Assembly: GCA_964231105.1 (NCBI GenBank)
Contig: CAXRJI010000034.1
Location: forward strand, 30,235-94,234
Direction: 5' to 3'
Length of the DNA stretch: 64,000 nucleotides
Source: Porticoccaceae bacterium
Lineage (GTDB): Bacteria > Pseudomonadota > Gammaproteobacteria > Pseudomonadales > Porticoccaceae
Part shown: positions 19,760 through 26,697 of the stretch, in pieces
Layout of the letters: each line of letters begins with the position of its first letter
Position numbering within the stretch: the first letter of the stretch is position 1
The notes under the pieces: generated by a model
What the model saw: the letters and a program-made list of their open reading frames with translations, nothing else
Databases searched by the model: none
What the model was told of the DNA's origin: nothing
Translations under genes and position numbers: made by a program

Positions 19760-21598
19760 TCAATTTAGTCGTCTGTCTAGAAGATTTCTCACCGGATTAT
19801 TCTGACCATTAAGGCCCAAACCCTCGGACACTCGGTCACTCAGCTTATTGACAGCAGATTCCTTTAAAAAGAGCTTTATCAAACTTGCATCTGGCCTGCA
19901 GTTTGCTGGCTCACCTAATCTACCCTCACATACAAAGGGCAAATCACGGTTTTGTAATTTTGCGTTAACAGAACAGCCAGTTTCGCTTGTAGCAGACCCA
20001 GCAACCCATAATGTATTGTTAAGCCTATAAACTTGTTCAATTAGGTTTACTGAGCCCTTGCCTGATAGGTCAATATTGCCAGCGCCAGTTTGAAAATTAT
20101 CAATAATTACACGCCCACCGCTAAGCCTAAAATCAGAGGTTAAATCATTTAACTGCGTGCCCTCAGCCCATTGTTGGTCGCTTTGTTTACCAGACAGCAT
20201 AGCCACTGCAGAGCACAATGTCTGCTCGATATTAATCTCCTTGTAATAGGGCGATAAAACCTGTAGCTGACCAGTGCCTGAAAGAGATTTAACAATAGGT
20301 TGCACCTGATTACCTGAGCCCTGCAGGTTAAACGTCAGATCTAAAAGTCCCTGCATCTTTGGCTGAGACTGAGAGTTATTTTGGGCGACTGAAACTCCCA
20401 GTAGTGATTCAAGATTGAGATTATTTATTGATGACTGAATATTAAAATTAGCCTCTTTACCACGCAAATCAAGCGTTGCAGTAGCATCAATCTGACCCTC
20501 AAAGGCGTCAGCAGCAAACGAATTTACTTTAAAAACATTGCGGTTTCCGAATAGGTTGATATAGATATTGCTCAGCGCTAAATTATTTAGCTGTAGCTGT
20601 CCCAAATGGACTTCCACCTGACTCTTTCCATGCCACAATGCCAGTGGGATTGCCAAAGGCGCAAATAGCGCAGCATTACCATTGCTTGACGTGCCTTTTA
20701 TAAGATAGGCACTTAAATCCAAGTTATCAGCTGACATCATGGTTGTCATTTTGTAGCGCTGCTCATCAATCAACACATTGATATCAACGGGCTGATTATC
20801 AATCACTAATTGTGTTTGGATTTCTGACGTTTGGGTGCGTTCAATACTAAAATTGCTAGTGATACTGACAGACTTAAACGCTTGGGGGTCAACCATCTCA
20901 GGCACATACAGGTCTGGAATTAACTGCTGTAGTGTTGCTAACTGCCCCAACAGGTCGAACCCATTTGTTTGCAACTGACCACTGATATAGGCCATTTGCT
21001 CTGAGCTATTAATCTCACCCATCAACTTGATATCACCTAGCCTCAAACTAAAATCTGACAAAGAGAAGTCGCTTACTCTTTGTTGGGAAAGGGCCATACC
21101 AAGTTCAGTATCGAGATTAAACTTTACTCCCCCAGGAACTTGCAGTGAAATGCTTAGCGGAAATTCTCTGCCATCCAATGCAATATTGCTGGCTTTTAAA
21201 TTAATATCACTGATTTGTAAGGGCAGTTGATTAGCCCTTGAAATAAATAAACGACCCTTTTCAATTGATAGGCTATTGACCGGCAATTGAGCACTTTCCT
21301 CGCTATTAGCTAGCATCGACAGGATACTCACCCCCAACCACAGTTGATCAATTCGTCCTGCTATGGACTGGTCTTTCAAGTTATAGTTAACCTGATTAAG
21401 GCGAATACCTAAGGGGAAGAACTGCCACTCTAAATCTCCGTTTAGAGATAACTCCACACCATTTTGATCTGCGATAGTTTCTATATCACCCCTATACTGG
21501 TTGGGATCAACTGCAACTGCTATGTAGATAATCCCTAATGCCAACAACGTCAAAAGAGTGAGCACAGAGGTGGTTAGCCATTTAATTATTTTTTTCAC
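19760..21598 (-). CDS. AsmA family protein
   Basis: N-terminal TM followed by DPNQYR...L.L.GDL.W.FFP; beta-rich C-terminus; usual asmA-mutY-yggX order. Confidence 0.82.
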   Translation of the reverse strand: MKKIIKWLTTSVLTLLTLLALGIIYIAVAVDPNQYRGDIETIADQNGVELSLNGDLEWQFFPLGIRLNQVNYNLKDQSIAGRIDQLWLGVSILSMLANSEESAQLPVNSLSIEKGRLFISRANQLPLQISDINLKASNIALDGREFPLSISLQVPGGVKFNLDTELGMALSQQRVSDFSLSDFSLRLGDIKLMGEINSSEQMAYISGQLQTNGFDLLGQLATLQQLIPDLYVPEMVDPQAFKSVSITSNFSIERTQTSEIQTQLVIDNQPVDINVLIDEQRYKMTTMMSADNLDLSAYLIKGTSSNGNAALFAPLAIPLALWHGKSQVEVHLGQLQLNNLALSNIYINLFGNRNVFKVNSFAADAFEGQIDATATLDLRGKEANFNIQSSINNLNLESLLGVSVAQNNSQSQPKMQGLLDLTFNLQGSGNQVQPIVKSLSGTGQLQVLSPYYKEINIEQTLCSAVAMLSGKQSDQQWAEGTQLNDLTSDFRLSGGRVIIDNFQTGAGNIDLSGKGSVNLIEQVYRLNNTLWVAGSATSETGCSVNAKLQNRDLPFVCEGRLGEPANCRPDASLIKLFLKESAVNKLSDRVSEGLGLNGQNNPVRNLLDRRLN

Positions 21599-21666
21599 TG
21601 TATTTACCTGTGATAAGACTGGATCCTTGCTAGCTTAAGTTTAACCCAAACCTAGTTACCCTAAAA

Positions 21667-21704
21667 CTAAAAAACCGCAGTTAACATCAACTGCGGTTTT
21701 TTAG
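21667..21704. terminator. Bidirectional-type intrinsic terminator ending the TBDR transcript
   Basis: CTAAAAAACCGCAGTT-aacatc-AACTGCGGTTTTTTAG, a 16-bp stem with A/T tracts on both sides. Confidence 0.88.
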
Positions 21705-21757
21705 CGTTGCTGTTAACTAACTAGCTATTCACTAGCTGTTAACTAGCTTTTGGGACA

Positions 21758-23944
21758 CTAGAAGGAATAGCTAGCCTTTATACCCAGGTTTCTACCAGGT
21801 AATGGCACCTCGTCTTTAACAAAAGAGCTATGATTTCTAGCCACTTCGTCAAGAAGGTTTTTACCAAACAGAGACAGGGTTAAGTTTTGCCCAGGACTTA
21901 GCTCAACTGTTTTTGACAGATTTAGATTTAACATTTTATACCCATCAGTAGCAGTCTCATGCTCAGCTGTATCATTTTGATCTTGAACATCATTGAGAGA
22001 CAGTGAGGCTCTTAGCCCATCCTCTACATAGGAAACTTTGTAGAGATTTCTATCGGGAACCATGCGCAGGATATTACTGCCATCGGCAAAGGTACCTGAA
22101 ACTGAATCCTTGGCAAAAGATAGGGTCAGTTCACCACGCGCTAGCTCAAAGGTCTTACCGATCTCTAGTTCATAGCCATCCAATTCAGCGTCTTGTTGCA
22201 CATACTCAGCATGAATTAAATCACCATGATCATGGGGATCAACAGCATTGGGGTCTTCATTAGGATGGTCATCGTCATCATCGGGATGCCCCTCGTCATG
22301 ATCTTCCTCGTCCAATAAGTAGATATAGTTATCGACATCATTTTGGAAGAAGGTTAAGGCGGCGTAGAAACCCTCATTTTCATAGTTAAAGCTCAGATCA
22401 ATATTATTGGAAGTTTCGGATTGCAAATTAATATTGCCTTCTTCATACCTAGCCGTCGATAGGTGAGGCCCATCCATTAGAAGTTCTACTGCTGTAGGTG
22501 CCCTTTCAACACTAGAAAGACCAATATTGATCTTTAACTGATCACTGATATCCGTACTTAGGCTTAAGGCAAAACTGGTGCTGTTGATATCTTTTTCAAA
22601 GGACTCCAGTTCACCATCATGATTAAGCGACCCTTTACGGCTGATTTGATCATGCCGAATACCAAAATCAAGATGATACGCATCGAACTCTTTATCAACA
22701 TAATAACCCAGTGTTAATTCATCACTTTGTGTTGGATTAATAAAGGCTTCTTCACCGATTACAGAGACATCTTCTTTTGCAACGTTAAGCGCTATCTTTT
22801 GCGACACTGTGTCATTGCTTAAATCAAATATAGCACGGTATTCCGTAGCATCATTATTAAAGGTTGTTGGGCCCTCTTCAGTATGCCCTTCCTCAGCAAT
22901 GTGTTGTTCAGTATGGGAATATTCAGAATCACGGTAGTGATAGTCAACTTTTTTCAGCCAACCATTACCCACATTAAATGAACCTCTAAAGCTTAGAACC
23001 TCAGACTTTGTATCAGCAAAGATTCTTTCTTCTTCATGATCATCATCCTCTGGATGATCCTCATCTTCTGGGTGATCCTCATCTTCTGGATGGTCACCAT
23101 CTTCTGGATGATCATCATCCTCGGGATGCTCATCACCATGAAAAGGAATACCATAGAGGCTTTCATTATCAGTATAAGCAAGACCAACAAAACCCCAGTC
23201 TCCAGTTTTAGACACGCCCAGACGAGAAAAGTTAAACTCCATATCGGTATTGCTTAGAGAATCGCTTTCTTCCTCGTCGGGGTGATGCCCATCACCCTCT
23301 CCCTCATGGCTAATTGCGCCCTCGGGAATATCGTAGTTTTCGAACTGCGAGTCTTTATGGGCAAAACTTAGATTTAGACCACCCACATTATTTTGATAAG
23401 AAAGATCATAACCGTCCCCATCATTTACTGATTGGGTTTCCAAGCCAAGTTTAAATGTAGGCTTTTCAAAGTTTTGTTTGGCAATGGTGTTATCTACAAT
23501 ATTAATAATTCCGCCAATACTGCCATTAGAATAAAGTAGCGAGGAGGGACCTCTAACCACTTCTATTTGCTGAATATTATTCATATCAACATCATTGATA
23601 TGATCTGGACCAAGACCCGAAGCATCTCTAACCACAACACCATTATTAAGAATTTTTACTCGGCTACCAGACATACCCCGAATAATGGGTTGACCCACGG
23701 CTGCGCCGTAGTCACTGGTTGATAGACCCACCAAATCACCTAAACTAGCACCCAAACTCTGGGTTGCATCATTGGCAATGGCGCTACCATCAACAATATG
23801 CAATGGGTTGGAGATGCTATCTGCTGTAGCATCAATCAATGACGATGTAACAATAATTTCTTCAATATCACCGGCCAATGCGCCAGTCGACAAATGCATA
23901 ACGCAAGCTGCCAGAGGCAACTTTCTCGCGATAAACTTATTCAT
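21758..23944 (-). CDS. TonB-dependent receptor, ZnuD-like (zinc/metal uptake)
   Basis: TonB box IEEIIVTS; plug SLG..L..L.G......G.....PIIRGM.G.RVKIL.NG; two His/Asp/Glu-rich loops; C-terminal NHSSFVKDEVPLPGRNLGIKASYSF ending in Phe. Confidence 0.88.
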   Translation of the reverse strand: MNKFIARKLPLAACVMHLSTGALAGDIEEIIVTSSLIDATADSISNPLHIVDGSAIANDATQSLGASLGDLVGLSTSDYGAAVGQPIIRGMSGSRVKILNNGVVVRDASGLGPDHINDVDMNNIQQIEVVRGPSSLLYSNGSIGGIINIVDNTIAKQNFEKPTFKLGLETQSVNDGDGYDLSYQNNVGGLNLSFAHKDSQFENYDIPEGAISHEGEGDGHHPDEEESDSLSNTDMEFNFSRLGVSKTGDWGFVGLAYTDNESLYGIPFHGDEHPEDDDHPEDGDHPEDEDHPEDEDHPEDDDHEEERIFADTKSEVLSFRGSFNVGNGWLKKVDYHYRDSEYSHTEQHIAEEGHTEEGPTTFNNDATEYRAIFDLSNDTVSQKIALNVAKEDVSVIGEEAFINPTQSDELTLGYYVDKEFDAYHLDFGIRHDQISRKGSLNHDGELESFEKDINSTSFALSLSTDISDQLKINIGLSSVERAPTAVELLMDGPHLSTARYEEGNINLQSETSNNIDLSFNYENEGFYAALTFFQNDVDNYIYLLDEEDHDEGHPDDDDDHPNEDPNAVDPHDHGDLIHAEYVQQDAELDGYELEIGKTFELARGELTLSFAKDSVSGTFADGSNILRMVPDRNLYKVSYVEDGLRASLSLNDVQDQNDTAEHETATDGYKMLNLNLSKTVELSPGQNLTLSLFGKNLLDEVARNHSSFVKDEVPLPGRNLGIKASYSF
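23039..23128 (-). repeat. 5 x 18-bp tandem repeat encoding HPED(D/G/E)D
   Basis: Plus-strand units atcatcatcctctggatg / atcctcatcttctgggtg / atcctcatcttctggatg / gtcaccatcttctggatg / atcatcatcctcgggatg. Confidence 0.95.
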
Positions 23945-24012
23945 AATGTTTCCTCTAAATATATATCTTATGCGCCAATTTCAGGCGCCAATTGACCTCC
24001 TTTTAAAAGAGG

Positions 24013-24438
24013 CTAAACGGATAATCTAGAGGTTTGAGGGGGTGCTCTGGCGAGAAAAGCTGCACGGGGTGCAGAATAAAAAGAACGAGATAATACAACG
24101 AGTTCGTTTGAGACAAGCGCTGCATAATCAATGGCTAAGTAATCAGGCGCAACACTGGAACTACTATTTTGCAGAACGGTATAACTACACTGCTCAGCAC
24201 TAAAACCATAATGCTTAGAATTTTTTGAGTGCTGAGAATCTTCCCCATGATCATGATGCTCTGCGTGCTCGTGATGGCCAGCATGGTCATAATGGGCGGC
24301 ATATAAGAAGTCACCGGAATGATCATTATGATCATGGGCAACTTCAAGCGTGGTTCCCAGACCCAGCATAAAGCTGAGAAAAACCACAACAGCTAATCTA
24401 AAAGATTCTTTGCCTGTATAATTATCACGAAGGGACAA
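24013..24438 (-). CDS. His-rich membrane-targeted leader protein with C-terminal RAPP motif (DUF2946/CruR-like)
   Basis: Likely TTG start at 24438 with GGGGTG upstream (the ORF-track start 24570 overlaps hisB). Hydrophobic segment, then AHDHNDH...HYDHAGHHEHAEHHDHG, then ..FLARAPP (24037-24048). Lies 68 bp upstream of the TBDR. Confidence 0.72.
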   Translation of the reverse strand: MSLRDNYTGKESFRLAVVVFLSFMLGLGTTLEVAHDHNDHSGDFLYAAHYDHAGHHEHAEHHDHGEDSQHSKNSKHYGFSAEQCSYTVLQNSSSSVAPDYLAIDYAALVSNELVVLSRSFYSAPRAAFLARAPPQTSRLSV

Positions 24439-24471
24439 TTTTCGCGTGCACCCCAAAAAAATAAGCCGGAA

Positions 24472-24501
24472 ATTGTAGTTTGTTTTAAATTGTAAAATCA
24501 A
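24472..24501 (-). promoter_or_regulatory. Candidate sigma70 promoter for the leader ORF/TBDR
   Basis: Minus strand TTGATT-18 bp-TACAAT; -10 about 33 bp upstream of TTG 24438; back-to-back with the hisB -10. Confidence 0.4.
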
Positions 24502-24514
24502 ACACTTTTGCGCG

Positions 24515-24520
24515 TATAAT
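24515..24520 (+). promoter_or_regulatory. -10 element of hisB
   Basis: TATAAT flanked by GC-rich GCGCG/GCGCAC, about 30 bp before the hisB ATG. Confidence 0.55.
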
Positions 24521-24551
24521 GCGCACCTAAAATTCGTTATTGGAGAATGTA

Positions 24552-25145
24552 ATGACTGAGCGCACCGCAACCGTAACGCGCGATACTTTGGAATCTCAAA
24601 TTACCGTTACGATTAACCTAGACGGAAGCGGAAAAGCCAATTTAAATACCCCAGTGCCTTTCCTAAATCATATGCTGGATCAAATCGCTCGTCATGGTTT
24701 AGTGGACTTGGATATTCAAGCAGCTGGTGATACAGAGATTGATGACCATCACACAGTTGAAGATATAGGTATTACTCTGGGCATGGCCATATCAGAGGCT
24801 ATTGGCGATAAAAAAGGCCTGACCCGCTATGGTCACGCCTATGTCCCCCTTGATGAAGCACTGTCGCGAGTCGTTATGGATTTCTCAGGACGTCCAGGCC
24901 TTATTATGCATGCAGATTTTTTACGCAGCCATGTGGGTGGCTTTGACGTTGATTTAACCAGAGAATTTTTCCAAGGCTTTGTAAATCACAGTTTAGTGAC
25001 ACTGCATATTGATAACTTGCGAGGGGCCAATGCCCACCATCAGGTCGAAACAATTTTTAAGGCCTTTGGTCGTGCTTTGCGTATGGCTATTAATTTAGAC
25101 CCCCGCATCAGTGGTGTTACTCCCTCTACTAAAGGCACACTTTAA
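24552..25145 (+). CDS. hisB: Imidazoleglycerol-phosphate dehydratase (monofunctional)
   Basis: [46 protein letters not shown]; SD GGAG before ATG 24552. Confidence 0.97.
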   Translation: MTERTATVTRDTLESQITVTINLDGSGKANLNTPVPFLNHMLDQIARHGLVDLDIQAAGDTEIDDHHTVEDIGITLGMAISEAIGDKKGLTRYGHAYVPLDEALSRVVMDFSGRPGLIMHADFLRSHVGGFDVDLTREFFQGFVNHSLVTLHIDNLRGANAHHQVETIFKAFGRALRMAINLDPRISGVTPSTKGTL

Positions 25146-25177
25146 ATAAACCTACGACTTAGTAATCAGCATTTAAA

Positions 25178-25202
25178 GGGGATTTTTAGGATAAAAATCC
25201 CC
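25178..25202. repeat. Perfect 11-bp hairpin between hisB and hisH
   Basis: GGGGATTTTTA-GGA-TAAAAATCCCC. Confidence 0.8.
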
Positions 25203-25225
25203 ATCTGCTAACTAGATAAACTTTT

Positions 25226-25876
25226 ATGAGCGACTTCCGAAGCCACATAGCCATTGTCGATTATGGAATGGGTAATCTCCATTCAGTTGCCAAAGCACTG
25301 GAGCATGTTGCCTGTGGTTCAATAATCACTGTTACCTCTGACGCCAAGGTTGTTGAAGAAGCAGATCGGGTGGTTTTTCCAGGTGTAGGAGCAATTCGTG
25401 ACTGCATGCATGAAATCAAACAACTCAGGTTACAAGATGTGCTGAGCAAAGCTATTACAGAAAAGCCCGTGCTTGCTATTTGTGTGGGCATGCAGGCTTT
25501 AATGAGTCACAGTGAAGAAAATGGCGGTATTGACTGCCTTAACCTATTACCAGGCAATGTAAGATTTTTTGGTAATGATCTAGTGGATGGGCAAGAAAAT
25601 AAGCTCAAGGTGCCACATATGGGTTGGAATAATGTTTATCAAACTCAAGAGCACCCCCTATGGCAGGGCATTGAGCAGGACAGTCGATTTTACTTTGTGC
25701 ACAGTTACTATGTGGACGCGGTTAACAATCCTAATCTTGCGGCAACCTGCGGCTATGGACTTGAATTTGCCGCCGCTGTTTGTCAAAAAAATCTCTTTGC
25801 TGTGCAGTTTCATCCCGAGAAAAGTGCTAGTGCTGGGCTGCAATTGTTGCGAAACTTTTGTCAATGGTCGGGTTAG
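25226..25876 (+). CDS. hisH: Imidazole glycerol phosphate synthase glutaminase subunit
   Basis: DYGMGNL, FPGVGA, ICVGMQ, KVPHMGWN, YFVHSY, QFHPEKS. Confidence 0.96.
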   Translation: MSDFRSHIAIVDYGMGNLHSVAKALEHVACGSIITVTSDAKVVEEADRVVFPGVGAIRDCMHEIKQLRLQDVLSKAITEKPVLAICVGMQALMSHSEENGGIDCLNLLPGNVRFFGNDLVDGQENKLKVPHMGWNNVYQTQEHPLWQGIEQDSRFYFVHSYYVDAVNNPNLAATCGYGLEFAAAVCQKNLFAVQFHPEKSASAGLQLLRNFCQWSG

Positions 25877-25914
25877 CACTAACAAATAATCTTGATAAAG
25901 GCATAGACTTCAAA

Positions 25915-26226
25915 ATGGTCTCCCAAGACAATACTGATGCATTAGTTGAACGTCTTAATGCTGAAACGGCAAAAATACGCTGGCATGAACTTCAAAAACA
26001 TTATGCAGCTGGTAACTTGCTGGGGGCATCTGCGGATAAGGACCTAATTAAGGTCGCTATCGCTTTCCATCAGGACAATACAGACCTGGTCAAAAATTGG
26101 CTGGCCAGTGGCTCTCTATTTGAAGTCAGTGATCAGCAAGCGCAACGCTGGTTCGAAAACAATACGGAGTTATGGGCAGTAGTGATACCACCTTTTGTTC
26201 TAGTTCAAGAAGTAAAGGGTGAGTAA
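25915..26226 (+). CDS. DUF2288-like protein
   Basis: W.EL..H, DL..VA.A...D....V..WL, WAVVIPPFVLVQE pattern; ATG 25915 preferred. Confidence 0.7.
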   Translation: MVSQDNTDALVERLNAETAKIRWHELQKHYAAGNLLGASADKDLIKVAIAFHQDNTDLVKNWLASGSLFEVSDQQAQRWFENNTELWAVVIPPFVLVQEVKGE

Positions 26227-26267
26227 AAAGCATTGCGACAACAGTTTTTGTGGTGCCTGCTGAAAAC

Positions 26268-26609
26268 CTATGAGTCAATCCACACTTCGCGAACCGGCTC
26301 ACCAAAATCGTCGTAGATAATCTTCTTTTTAGGTCGCGCTGTAGGCTTTTTAGCGGCGGGAGCCTGTTTGTTTTTCTTTTTACGACTATCAAGCCGAGAG
26401 ACTACATCGTTTAAGTAGGTTCTGGTTTTTAGCGGAGAGGGGCTGACAAATACAGATTTATTGCGGGGTTGATCGTATGGCTCTGCAGTTTCTCCACGAT
26501 CACAGCGCTGTATTTCCCCTCCTTTAGAGAGAAATTCCTTGGTTTTACTTTGCAACTCCTTGCGCATCGATTTTTTTGAACGGCCAGTATTCACAGTAAT
26601 AAAACACAC
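26268..26609 (-). CDS. Small basic hypothetical protein with SutA-like EFLSKGGEI motif
   Basis: ELQSKTKEFLSKGGEIQ near the N-terminus; C-terminal KKIIYDDFGEPVREVW; start uncertain (26609 or 26567). Confidence 0.65.
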   Translation of the reverse strand: MCFITVNTGRSKKSMRKELQSKTKEFLSKGGEIQRCDRGETAEPYDQPRNKSVFVSPSPLKTRTYLNDVVSRLDSRKKKNKQAPAAKKPTARPKKKIIYDDFGEPVREVWIDS

Positions 26610-26697
26610 GCAGTTTTAAAAGATTAGTCTATCAAACAATCGTTAGTATGTATGCTTGCAACAGCAGACCCTCTGCTTAGACTACTCACAGGAAAAC

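Noticed and set aside
23039-23128. Possible CRISPR-like array
   Set aside because: Units are contiguous, in-frame and have no spacers; no cas genes in the window.
22993-23257. Several 65-73 aa ORFs in other frames over the TBDR repeat (MMVTIQKMRIT..., MIIILWMILIF...)
   Set aside because: Stop-free by-products of the 18-bp repeat; they overlap a well-supported gene.
24135-24389. Alternative-frame 84-aa ORF over the His-rich leader
   Set aside because: A frame-shifted reading of CAT/GAT-rich codons; the RAPP frame has the coherent architecture.
23945-24550. Zur or Fur box controlling the ZnuD-like receptor
   Set aside because: No TGTTAT-N-ATAACA-type or GATAATGAT-type palindrome found in either spacer.
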